This document shows, piece by piece, positions 15,290-27,999 of a stretch of DNA of 64,000 nt. The stretch comes from Vicugna vicugna (Eukaryota): the NCBI GenBank assembly GCA_013265495.1, contig MU061579.1, positions 1,547,319-1,611,318 of the forward strand. The letters are read 5' to 3'. The notes beneath the pieces are model-generated. The model searched no databases and was not told the DNA's origin. It saw only the letters and a list, made by a program, of their open reading frames with translations. Within the stretch, counting starts at the first letter, position 1. Each line of letters begins with the position of its first letter. The position numbers and the translations under genes were made by a program.

Positions 15290-17245
15290 ATTCCTAAATG
15301 CATCAATTAAGACAGAACTTGTCAGATCGGATCAAAAAACAAGAACCAACCACATGTTGTTACAAAAAGCTTAGTTTAAATGTAAAGACATATATATAGA
15401 TGAAATGTAAATAGATGGAGAAATATGTTCCATGCTAATCCTAGTAAGAAGCAAGCAGAATATATTAATTTCAAACAGTGCAGTCTTTATAGTGAGAAAA
15501 GTTATCAGGGATAAAGATAATTACATAATGATACATAATGATAAAGGGGTCAATTCTCCAAAAACACATAACAATCCTGAATCTGTATGTGCTAATAGAG
15601 CATTAAACTATCTGAGGCAAAAACTGATACAGTTTCAAGGAAATCAGTGAATCTACCACCATATTTGGAGACTGCAACACCCTTCTATTAGAAATGGACA
15701 AATCCAGCAAACAGAAAATGAGAAAGGGCATAACTGAACCAACAGCGCCATCAGTCAACTGTGTATAACTGACATCTTTAAGTGGCTTCATCCAACAACA
15801 GCAGAATACACAATTCTCTCAGATCACATGGAACATTCATGAAGATAGAACACATTTTGGGCCCTAAGACACACTTTAACAAAGGTAAAATAATAGAAAT
15901 CATAAAGTGTATTCTCTGAGACTTTAATGGAATTAAACTAGAACCAAATAACAGAAAGGTAACTGAAAAATCCCAAATCACATGGAGATTAAACAATATA
16001 TATATTTAAATAATACATGAGTCAAAACAAATCTCAAGAGAATTCAAAAACATTTTTAACTAAATGAAAATGAAAATACAACTTACCAAAATTTGTGTGA
16101 TCTTATAAAAGCAATACTTACAGGGAAACTTATAGTATTGAATGCATACATTAGAATAGAAGAAATATCTAAAATCAGTAATCTAAGTTTCCACATTAGA
16201 AAACTTCAAAAGAGAAGAGCAAATTAAATCCAAATTAAGTAGAATAAAATAAGTAAGTATTAAAACATATCAATAAGAGTAAAAACAGAAAATCACTAGA
16301 GAAAACCAATGAAACCGAAAGTTGTTTTATTAAAAATATCAATGAAATCTATGTACCTCTAGCCAGGAAACAATGAAAAAAGAAAGTTACACAATTTACT
16401 AATATCAGAATAAAAAAGGAACATCATTAGATCCTACAGACATTAAAATAAAGAAATACTATGAATAACTTGATGCCCACACATTTGATGATACAGATGA
16501 AATATAACCTTCTAAAACAGAAAGCACCAGACTTAGATGGCTCACTAGTAAATTCTACCAAACAGTTAAGGAAAAAATTATACCAATTTTCTACAATCTC
16601 TTTCAAAGGATAGAAGCAGAGAGAATATTTACTAACTTGTTCTATGAAACCAGTATTACCCTAATACTAGAACCAGACAAAGACATTATAAGAAAGTAAG
16701 ACTACTGGCCAATATCTCTCATGAACGTAGGTGAAAAATCCTCAACAAATTATCAACAAATACAATCCAACAATAAATGAACAGAATTATACACAATGAC
16801 CAAGTGAAATTTATTCAAGATATGAGAGTCTGGTTGAAAATTTGAAAATAAATAAATGTAATCCATCATACCAACAAGCTAAAAAAAAAAACCAAATGGC
16901 CATATCTATAGCTGTAGAAAAAGTATTTGACAAAATCCAACAATCATTCATATAAAAATCCCTCAATAACCTAGAAATAGAAGGAAAGTTCCTAAACTTG
17001 AGGAAGATTAACACAAAAAATTTACAGCTAACATATTTAATAATGAGAAACTGGAAGCTTTCCCACTAAGTTCAAGTAGAAGTCAAGATGTCCCATTTCA
17101 CCATTTCTTTTTAGCATCATACTGGAAATTACTGCTAATGCAAAAAGACTAGAAAAGGAATTAAAATATGTATAGATTGGTGAAGAAGGCTTGAAAATCT
17201 TTGTTTACAGATGATATGATCGTATATGTATAAAATTCAAAAGAA
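15290..17245 (+). mobile_element. L1 ORF2 relic (endonuclease through reverse transcriptase), frameshifted and truncated at both ends
   Basis: EN motifs (KKQEPTTCC about 15335; FGDCNT about 15664; KIEHILG about 15842) and RT motifs (YWPISLMN about 16703; QVKFI about 16801; LFTDDMIVY at 17201); many stops and frameshifts. Confidence 0.95.
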
Positions 17246-18653
17246 TTATCAAAAATCTCAGAGTTCCTAGGAAGGAGATGTTAATTGTGGCAAAAAATAA
17301 ATAAAAATAAAGTTTAATTATGTTTAAATCAATCATTCCAGACTAAAAGCACAGGCTTAGCAAATACCAAGAAATATTAAAAATATGTGTAAGCTGCCAA
17401 TATATCTGCAGACTGGAGTATATGTAAGTGAAGTTCAACAGTGAAAATGAGCCGTGATCACAATATAGAAGCCGTTTAATACTCTCCATTCGAACTGGCT
17501 AATATTATTCTGTAAAGAAAAAAAAAACATTGAAAATAATCAGCAGCAAACAGAATAATGCATCTTCAAACATATTACAGTCTACCTTTTCAAGAGAAAG
17601 ATATTAAAACAGTTGACCTAATCCAATAAAATTAGCCTCAGGACTTTATATCCTAAGACCAAAGGATCCACAAAAACATTTAAAGAAAATAATAGGTGTA
17701 AACGTGACTATTGACAACTTATAACTATTTAACATTTATTTTCACTTATAACCTGAAGATTACATAAACTAACAGTATCATTAAAATTCTCCACCTTCTA
17801 TTCTTGTACAACTGTGTGAATGTCTCAGAGTTTAGAAGATCCATTCTCCCCAATTTTCTGTTGTATAATTAATTTTTTACTCAGCACAAAAATGTAGGTT
17901 TGGGGGGCAGCTTTTCTTCTCTTATAACTTCTAGAAAAGCTGCTAAATTTCTTATTTTTTGTCAGTTGCCCTAAAGTATTTCATAATTTTTTAGTGAGAA
18001 GACCAAGGAAGATGGCTTTCCTATTTGCCAATCTTGCTTGCATTTTTTTCCTTCTTTATTTCTATGTGTGTCTCCTCCCTAGGATATACAAAGAGAAGTA
18101 AATGTCATATTCGAAAAGCAACAAAAACAAAATTATCATAATACATTTGTTGAATACTCAACATCTTAATGCTCTTATTTGTTTATTTATTATTTGATTT
18201 CTTGTAAGTTTTCTGTCTACTTCTTTCTTACAGGAATTTTTAATTCAGAAATAATATTCAACTCCCTGCTTGAATTTCTTATTGAGATTATTCATTTCTT
18301 GATTACATAATAAGTATTGTTGTCAATCTGCATATTGTGATGGTGTGAATTGTGTTCAATTCCAGGTCAGTAAACAGATATTTTTAATCTTTACATTTTA
18401 CATTCCAATTTTATATCAGTTTTCTGTTATGTGCGTATATATGTTGTATTTTATTATATTTCATTGAAACTTGAATATTGAGAAGAGAAGACTCTTTTAA
18501 TACACACTTGAAGGTAATAAGTTGACAAAAACTTGGCATGTTTTAACCAACTTCATCATTGTATGGTTTTGTGCAATAGCGATGATCCTTCAACTTTTTT
18601 GTTTGATGTCTTGTCTTTATTTTCCCTTTTTACTGTATTTCTCTCTCCAAAAG

Positions 18654-18723
18654 TATAATCTGATGTCTACAATTGCATCCTTTTTGGCTAAGAAAGAATT
18701 GTTAATTACAGCTGATTTGGCTG
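18654..18723 (+). other. Candidate exon (70 nt; alternative donor gives 134 nt ending at 18787)
   Basis: About 60-nt pyrimidine-rich tract, then aag acceptor; donors CTG|gtaagg (18724) and TAT|gtaagt (18788). Confidence 0.35.
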
Positions 18724-20659
18724 GTAAGGGTAAAGGCGGATATTTGATAAATGACAGTGTTATGGAAATGGAAATCAGACTCTCTATGTAAGTCTCTTGC
18801 AGTGCTAAAGTAACAATAATTAGACTTACTGCCAATTTTCATAGTCTCTGTGATTTAATGTGCCGAAATTATTTCAGGAAGAAAAGTTATGTAAACTATT
18901 TATACATAATAGCAAATAAATATATAAATTATAAGAATTTCAATTCATTAACTTAGTGTTTTGGCTATAGGAAGGAATGAAAACATTAGTGTATTCAGAA
19001 AATTACATAATGTTTCACATTCTGTGGAGGTGTATTTGATATGTCACATTTATAGAAATAGAAGGAACTTTCTGAAAAGAAAAACAGGTAGAGTTTTAGG
19101 TTTAAAAAGAGATTTCTGTTGTTACGTGGGAATTTTATATTCATTATAATCTACAAATATGCCTATTAAAGATTATAAAACTTGACAAACAAGGAGAAGA
19201 TTTTGTTCTATGATGACATATAAGACATAACAGAAGGAAGATGTTTTTGTAGGAGTTGAAATGATTCAGTATATATACTAAAATTCCTAGTTTAATTGAT
19301 ATTTTATAAATCTATTCTCAATGAAGTTAATATAAAATTTTTATGCTTTATTTTCATTAACTAGACTTTCCTAAAGAATTTACATAAGTTCAGTATATGT
19401 TAAGATTTACTTTAATTTAAGCAGAGCCAGTATTTTCAAATAGCAACTTTATCCATTGGTAAGCATACTCATTCATTTGGAGACAATATACTGTGTTTTA
19501 CTCCATTTGATATTTTCTCTTTACAAACCAGAGTTTTTATAATTTCAGATGTTTACATAGAGCATTACAAATTAATGCATGTCAAAGTCAGTTTTTAAAT
19601 GCATCTGGGGTAGAAGGAGTGTAGTCACAGTATAATCCTCAGGAAGTAGAATCAAAGTCTTCAGCAATTGGGTCATTTATAGATGTAGTGTACACATAGC
19701 AATGGGTCCACAGATTTTTCTCATTAACAGATTGTTCTGCATAAGTAATAAATAATATGTAGGAATAAATAGTAATAAGAATAATAACTTCCTAAAAGGG
19801 ATTTTCTTATTGTTATATGATATAATTAGTGTAGTAGTTTTTGATTATAAGTTAACGAGTATAATTATTTAGAATTATTATTATGATATGTTGGAGAAAC
19901 AATGATTGACATCACAATCCTTTATTATAGTTTTCAACAAGAGAAAAGATAAATACCAATCACAAATTGCAAAATTTTAGTGGAGAGAAACAAACTACAA
20001 TTTTGATAGTTAAAGTTTTGAGGCAGCTTGCTTTTAATGGTAACAATGTAAATTCTTCTGATCCCCAAAATATTGCATTACCAACAAAACATTTGAAATT
20101 TTACCACAAAAAAATAATCATTTACTCTAATATGCTATACCCTAAAAAACTGAAAAAGAGATACATCACTCAAGACAGAGTAAGACACAGCCATTACAAC
20201 TCATTTTCAGTGACTATTTCACACCATTTTAAACCTCAGAGAAGGATTTTTAAAAAGTTATCATTGGAAGAAATAAAGGAAGTATAAGGAAGTAACAAGA
20301 AGTTTTAAAAATGAGAACCAAAAATAAATACTACCCCTCTTCACAAAGCAATCTTGGAGCAGCTTGCTCCCTTAGGATAACTGTGTTTTGTTTTATCATT
20401 TATCCTCTGTGAAATCTGTAAACTTTTAACAGAGAAACAATCAAGATTACAAATGCTGAGGAATCACAGCATTAGAACAATAAATCCCAACTCATCATGT
20501 CAGTCTTTCATTCAAAAGCTTTCAGTTTCACATGTCCTCTGCATTAAATCCGAGATTATTTCATCCTCCTCCATAATTTGTCATTGACATATGTTTCCAA
20601 GCTTACCAATAAATTTACTTAAAATAAGTGCCACACACATTGATTTTTTAATAGCTAGT

Positions 20660-21745
20660 GTTTCTTGAGTGGCATACTCTGCCAGTCACTATTCTAGTAT
20701 TATTTTATGTATTATTTTCTTTGATATTCAAAATATTCTTATCAGGTAGTAACTATTCTTTTTTTAAATTGAATTATACTCAGTTTACAATGTTGTATCA
20801 ATTTCTGATGTACAGCATAATGTTTCAATCATACATATACAAACATATATTCCTTTTCATATTCTTTTTCATCATAGGTTACTCTATGATATTGAACATA
20901 GTTCCCTGTGCTATATACAGTAGACACTTGTTTATCTATTTTATGTATAGTAGTATCTACAAATCTTGAACTCTCATTTTATCCTTTCCTACCCACTTTT
21001 CCCCCAATAACCATGAGTTTGTTTTCTGTGAGTCCATTTCTATTTTGAAAATAAGTTCATTTGTGTCTTTTTTTTCAGATTCCACATATAAGTGATACCA
21101 TATGGTATTTTTCTTTATCTTCCTGGCTTATTTCGCTTAGAATGATGATCTCCAGATCCATCCATGTTGCTGTAAAAGGTATTATTTTATTCTTTTTTAT
21201 GACTGAGTAGTAGTCCATTGTAAAAATATAGCACACTTCTTTATCTGTTCACCTGTCAATGGAAATTGAGATTGTTTCCTTGTCTTGGCTATTATATATA
21301 GTGCTGCCATGAACATTGGTGTGCATGTATCTTTTTGAATTTGAGTTTCCTCCAGATATATGCCCAAGAGTGGGACTGCTGGATCATATGGTAAGTCTAT
21401 TTTTAGTTTTTTGAGGAATCTCCATATGGTTTTCCATAGTGGCTTCACCAAACTACATTCCCATCAACAGTATAGGAAGGTTTCCTTTTCCCCACACCCT
21501 CTCCAGCATTTATCATTTGTGGGCTTTTTAATTATGGCTATTCTGACTGGTGGGAGGTAATATCAAATTGTAGTTTTGATTTGCATTTCTCTGATAATGA
21601 GTTATATTGAGTATTGTTTCATGTGTCATTTGGCCATTTGTATGTCTTCATTGGAAAATAGGTAGCAACTAATCTTATTCCCATTTGGCAGCTCAAAAAG
21701 CCAGGCTCAGCAGTTAAGAAATTTGCCCAGAGATTAATAAAGCTT
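20660..21745 (-). mobile_element. MIR SINE split by the L1 at 20761-21659
   Basis: Left part ctctgccagtcactattcta...aggtagtaactatt; right part attcccatttggcagctcaaaaagccaggctcagcagttaagaaatttgccca. Confidence 0.7.
20761..21659 (-). mobile_element. Young 5'-truncated L1 (ORF2 C-terminus plus 3' UTR)
   Basis: ORF 21197-21451 ([29 protein letters not shown]) is the L1 ORF2 C-terminus; TSD aggtagtaactattctt (20744-20760) / aggtagcaactaatctt (21660-21676), 15/17 identical. Confidence 0.97.
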
Positions 21746-23199
21746 TTGGTATTGGAGAAAGTAATTATCTCCAAAGTCTGAATATAACATTCTCACATGC
21801 CTCCCTAAACATATCTGGACATACAACACAAAAGATATAAATGGATCCTAGAGAAAACAAATAAAAAAAGATCTCCCCATTTTTATGCATACATCTCCTT
21901 TTCTTTGAATACAGAGTCCTCCTGAACCTCCTTCTACTAAAATCTTCAGATCTTTCAGAGTCTAGTTTAAACTCCACCTCCTTGATGAGACAATCAGTAA
22001 TCAATAATACATTGATATCAATCTATAATGATAACTAAATCCTATTTCTTCTCTCTCTTCTCAGAACCCCACACCAACATTTTGTTGAATTTCTTTTATT
22101 ATAAAATTAACTTCCAAACTGAAAAACAGTTATTTGTATCTTATGATCATTGCCCTCCCATCACAACTGAAATCCAGTTCTGTGTCTCATTCTTGTTTTC
22201 ATCTTCTAAATGCTAGACCAGTGCCTTTTTGGCCAGAGAATATCTATTGAACAAATTAATTTATAAAGTTCTCTGGGATTGATAAACAAAGAAGAAATAT
22301 TTAGGGGATGTCAACCAGTCAGGCAGAGTCCTCTCGCTGTCTCTCTCTTTCATAAAGCTAACCTATCAATTGTAAATCAAGACTATGACATGAGTAGAAC
22401 ATATTACTGATGAATGATGCCTCCAGAATTTGGAAGTTGAGATATTGAATCGTTTTGTAACAGCTATCGTATTGCTGCCAAAAGCAAGGAAAGAATGGTG
22501 AATCCTTAGCTTCTGTCATGGGAATATGTAGTGTGTAAGCATAATCCTATACAGACTCAGACTAAAACCCTCAGTTCCTCTCCATTACCTGTGTACAGAA
22601 ATTCTCCCAACTCTCATGTGGTCTCAACTGCTCATTCCCAATATTACATTTTCAGCTTCATCATTCATCACACATCACCTTATTTCTAATTCTCAAGCTG
22701 CATTCAACTCCACTTCAGTCAGATTTTTCTGCTTAGATTATATTGTTCCCCAAATTGCTAAGAATTGTTCTCCTTGATTTTTCTTGTGAATACACTCAGT
22801 CATCCTTCAAGTTGCAGCTTAATGATTTTTACCATGATTCTTCATTTGCGGATTATTTACTATTCCGTGTTTACTTACCCTATTACAGTGTTTGTGATAT
22901 AATTTGCTGGGTATATGCCTTCTCCAGCTGTCAGATCATAGCATTTAAAGGATAAAAACAACAGGGTCTAAGTTCCACAAAAGTAAGGATTATTTTTCAC
23001 CCATTTTGCGCACTGCTAGTTGTCCCAGAACATTATAGGTACTGAATTTCTGAATGACTATTTTGTGATCTTCCAAAACTCATAGCAAACAACAAAACAC
23101 TGTCTATTTCATATAAACAAATCTTCTTAATTGAAAATTCTGAACACTAGAAAGTGTTTACTGTGGAATTTATATATGTGAAAAAAAGCATTGACCATA

Positions 23200-23460
23200 A
23201 ATATTCACAGCAAATGTAGTGACTCCAGGTATTGTTTTAAGTGTTGTATGGATTTTAACATACTTATTTTTCACAAGGACACTCTGAGCAAAAATAATAC
23301 TATTATTATAACCACTTCTTCAGCTGAGGAAACACAGGTACTAATCACTAAACAAAGGCTAATCATTTTCTTCAGATCACATAGTTACTAAGTAGTAGAG
23401 CCTGGATCAAATCCGAGTCATTTGACTTGAGTCTCGAGTCTGTCTTTCTCATCTTTGTGC
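23200..23460 (-). mobile_element. MIR SINE
   Basis: cagctgaggaaacacagg...agatcacatagttactaagtagtagagcctggatcaaatcc. Confidence 0.8.
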
Positions 23461-23765
23461 TATCCTCTTTTCCTCCTCCAGCTGAAGGGTTGCAAAAGAA
23501 TATAGGAAGATACAAATACAAATATATGAATATGATTCAATAGAAGTCTTTGGTGAATGATTCAGAAACTGAGCCAAAGCGGAATTTTGAAATAATGTTT
23601 TATCTTATAATAGGGACATATCAGCTTATATTCCTTGTGGAAAGAAGAGAAACCTCATAGGAATAGATGGAGTTGTGGGTAAAATTTAAATTCTGTATAA
23701 TTTAACTTCATTTTAATTTCACCTTCTATTCACTTCTGCCTGTTTGCTCTGCAATGCTTTCCCAG

Positions 23766-23915
23766 CAGTTGAAAAGGCTACTTTGTTATTTTCTAAGATG
23801 CATAAGCACCTGGCAGAGTTTAGAAAGTGCTCTCCACAGTGTGTTTTCAGTAGTTTTTTTCACAATGGACAATTTGGCATAATTACAGGGATTGATTTTA
23901 TGCAAGTCATCTTCA
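23766..23915 (+). other. Candidate exon (150 nt, open in phase 1-1)
   Basis: Pyrimidine tract, CAGCAG tandem acceptor, and clustered donors at 23916, 23924 and 23928. Confidence 0.3.
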
Positions 23916-24189
23916 GTAAGTACGTAAGTGAGTTTTACTCACTCATTTCAGTCGCTGAATTTCCAAGAAAATACGTGCACAATTCTTCCAAGGTATATAA
24001 TATAGTGCAGTTTTTTTTAAACAGTTGCTTAGAGAACTTCAGAGTTGCAATTAATTTCTGAATTTTATAAGTGATTATTCAATAATATCCATATGATAAT
24101 AATTTAGGATCACCCACTATGTGTCAGGTACTTTTCTAAGCATTTACTTTGACACTGAACAAAAATACTCTCTAGTTAGAGATTTATGA

Positions 24190-24385
24190 ACAGCAGCAGA
24201 CTGGCAAAGTTTTTTTTTTTAAAGCCCTGATTTGTAATATTTTCTCATTTTCTTGGTGTATGCACTAGCAAAAATTTTTCAAGCTTCCAATACGAAGCCA
24301 CTGAAGATGAAGTTGAGACGAGATGAGTGTGATGGACGGTCACAATCTGTTAGGAGGCAGTATAAGCCGGCAGAACACAGCACAT
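24190..24385. mobile_element. MER63-like hAT-Blackjack relic
   Basis: ccctgatttgtaat...ttcaagcttccaatacgaagccactgaagatgaagttgagacgagatg. Confidence 0.65.
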
Positions 24386-25089
24386 TAAAAACTCACATAT
24401 CCTACTCAGGAGGCAACGGCAAGTGCTAAAGACAAATAAGACAGAATAAGTGAATACAGGGAAGGCAAAGGAGACCAAAAAGGACATATCAGGAAAAAAA
24501 ATTATTAACCAGAATTGCATAGTGAAACGAAAGTCAAGGGAAAAAGTGTTTTGAAGATTGTATCCTGTCAAGAAGGCAGGGCAATATGTCAAAGGGATAG
24601 TTAAAAAAAGAAAAAGAAAAAAGAAAAAAACAAAACCAAGCAAGGATCAGGATCAGGGCCTCTTAGAAATAGGAAACCAGGTAAGTAGATAAACACCATA
24701 TGTTCTTCAGATACTGAGAGCAGGGTCGGGCTTCATGCATGATTCTGTCTGTAGCATCCGGCGCCGTGCATTATACAGGATAGGCGCTCAATGGCTATCT
24801 TCAATGACAAATGAATGAATGCTCTATTTTTCACTCAATACCCTTTATTCTCAGGCCCACATGACGAATTTCTCTTTCAGTGTCATGGTGAGAACTTTGA
24901 GAGAATAACGGCTTTGGAGTTAGTTACACAACCTTGAACCTCACTACACCACAGAGTTCCTCACTATGTAAAGTGAGCTTCCTTCTCAGAGCTTGGAGCA
25001 TCACCTCGTTCATTTTAGGGTCCACTTCATTCTCTCCAATCACAGAGAAAGTGTAGTCCTTCTTTGGCACCAAGGCTGGTGAAGAGATG

Positions 25090-25290
25090 CAGATTGAGAA
25101 AGACACGAGTTTGATTCCCACATCTCCTACTTACCTGCCACGGAATTGCAGCAAGTTCTTTAGTAGTTCTGTTTCTCACCAGTGTAATAATAATAATAAC
25201 ACACGGGCCTATTAAAGAGATTTAGATGTTATTATTCATGTCAAGAATGACATTTAGAATATTGTAAGCATTCCATACATACTAGTTCCA
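25090..25290 (+). mobile_element. MIR SINE
   Basis: gagtttgattccccacatctcctacttacctgc...ctgtttctcacc...ataataataa. Confidence 0.6.
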
Positions 25291-26039
25291 TTTCGTACAT
25301 AGTGATAGATCAATAATCTATTCAGCTAATGAATGAATGATGAACCATTCTGACTCTACTCTTCTCTTGACTATATGCCCCAAATACCTCCTCAAATGTC
25401 AATTTCTTTTCTGGGATAAATTGTTAGTTTATATATTATACACTTAATAGATGTTTTAATAACTTCCATGGTACCCTGGCTATAAATACTCAAAATAAAC
25501 ATTGGCTGATTTTTTTGACATTAATGGGAATTTTAAAATCATGTATTTTGGCACCTAAGTTTTACAATTGAGAGATGTGAGACTTACCAGCCTCAATTTT
25601 TTTAAGAAAAAGATGAATAGTGTTGAGGTAGGGGGAAAAAGTTATCCTATTGTACTTCATTGAAGGGGGTGTTACTTACTTTCAAATAATCTCAAAACAA
25701 ATTATGTTACTGTATAAAACAAAAAATCTTTCTGTTCATAGATAGGGAGAGAAGACAAGACACCAGGGGAGCTCATTGGTTTGTTACTATATTTCTGTGA
25801 GAAAAAAAAGCAAAACAAGACAAAAACCAAAATAACAATTTTGAGTACAGGAGAGGAACTGCCATATTCTTTAATACCAATGAAATATATGAATATAATT
25901 GTGTGTTTGTATGTTTCTATTTATCATATTATATAGAACCAATTTATGTAGTATTCTTTATATGCCATTCAGTGTTAATGAATGCTTCAAAATATGTTTT
26001 GTAGAAATGCACACAAACAGTCATACACATACACACACA

Positions 26040-26560
26040 TACAATTATTCAGTCATTAGATCAGGCACTGAGACAAACTTTGTAATCATTACTTCTTACA
26101 ATAAGCCTATGAGATTGAATCTACTATGATCTCATTTTACAAATAAGCACCCTGAGAATAAGAGAAGTGATATGAACAAAGTCACAGAGCTAGTCAGAGG
26201 CAGAGCCCAGAACATGAACTCAGTTTTATCAGATACAAAGCTGCAGTTAACCATCATACTATGAGACAGTCACTCAGTCATTCTACAAACACTTATTGAA
26301 GGCAGGATATGTGAGGTTTCACACAGATATTGAAAATACAAATTCTAATAGGGTACAGAGCCTTCTCCTTTCATCAATGTCACAGTCCAACATGGAAAAT
26401 AAACATGTTAACAAGGAATACATTACAATGTGGAATATAATATGATAAAAGAGGCAACACTAAGTGTGCTGGATAAGTACCTAAAACTTTGTGAAAATGA
26501 AGGAGTATATACCAGTCCTGAAACAAGAGTAGACATTCACCAGACCCTAGACAAGAGGAG
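26040..26560 (-). mobile_element. MIR (about 26040-26265) followed by L2 3' end (about 26270-26560)
   Basis: ctcattttacaaataagcaccctgag...aaagtcacagagctagtcagaggcagagcc; cagtcattctacaaacacttattga. Confidence 0.7.
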
Positions 26561-27882
26561 GTAGACAGAATCTACAGGCTACTTAGGAATCTGCTGTGTT
26601 AGCTTGCTAAAAGCTTGAAGAAGCATTTAGACACCGACAAAGGAGGGAGCATTTAGATTGCGGTGATGAGTTCCAGAGGCTGATGGGGTCATGCACAAAA
26701 TGAGGGAAAAATGCAAGCCAAGAATATCAGTCTAATAAGTTGCTGTGAAGCTCTACTAACTTCACTTTGAATTTAAAATCGCTTTCCATTCCCACACCAA
26801 GGTCAGCAGACTAAAGCATCATTGGGACAGTGTTTTACACATTTATCTCCTTCAGACTCAGAGGTAACCTGCTTTATATCTCACTTAAAATCCCCAGGGA
26901 TGTCTGAATTCCCTATAACACCATAAGAAGAAGGTGTTGTCACTTAGAAAATAATATAGAGTCATGCTTTGAGAGCTATTTTCAAGATTTGATATCTTAG
27001 GGAACGTGACAATCTAACAAAATTTGATGACCAGATAACGAAGGAAAAAAAAAAAACACCCAAACCCTGCAGAATGTAAGCAGGGAAATAAGGGAATTAA
27101 TTCTCCATAATTTGTTTACTATTGATTAGTTCTTTTACAATAGCACCTGTAATACAATATTCAGGTACTGAAATAGCCAAGAATTAAGAACTCTAATTAG
27201 AAGTACCGTTGAGTCAGCAGTGAGCACACAGGGGGCAAGGTAAGCTAATAACAGGAACATTTTATTAAAGCATAAGTCACAGGTTGACCTGCTTCCAACT
27301 ATACCCACAGCTAAGTGATGCAGCAGCTAAAATCCTGACAAAGCAAGTCAGAGGACCATGGGATGGTCCTAAGCAGAGCTAATTCTTAAAAGAAGCACTT
27401 TTCAAAAGAGCAGGGCCCAGCATTCCTTATAGAAACCTTCTTAAAGATGTTATTTCATCATAAGCAACTCTCAGCCCACTTAATTGACAATTTTCAGTAC
27501 AAACAACGTTGCATATAGATGAGAAAAAACGGGCAATAAATTCTAGGTGATATATATACACATATTATTTTTTCAGAGCTATGTGAAAGAATGGCCAAAA
27601 AAAGAAATGTGAGATGATGAAAAGTAGGTGGCTGTAAGGAAATGCAAGAATGAATGGCAGAGCAGGGAAGAAAGGGGAAGAAAGCAAATTTGCAATGTGA
27701 AAGGTTTCTGCTGGTCTGTGGGGCCCTCCAGCAAATGTGCCTGTTGTTGGCAGTATTACATGTGTCAGCTCCATCAGTGGTGGAATGTGAGTTTACTGTA
27801 AATGGGAAGAAATCATTCAAGAAACATTTTTTTCTTCCTAACAGGTTTATTTATTTATGATTTTTGTTGCTCTCTCTTTCAG

Positions 27883-27999
27883 AATCATATTGATAGGAGA
27901 AAGTGTTCCTATACAGGGCAGCTTTATTTGATATTGGTTTATTTTAAGTGGTGTCTGGATCATTCTGCCAGTTTCTCAGTACGCTGTTAATTCGCAATG
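27883..27999 (+). other. Candidate non-coding or 5' UTR exon ending in ATG (117 nt)
   Basis: CTAAC branch-like motif at 27838-27842, tctctctttcag acceptor, ATG|gtaaga donor; stops in all three frames. Confidence 0.45.

Noticed and set aside
21197..21560. ORFs with near-identical copies at about 4.7, 47.7 and 56.2 kb, resembling a gene family
   Set aside because: They are sense and antisense translations of the L1 ORF2 C-terminus
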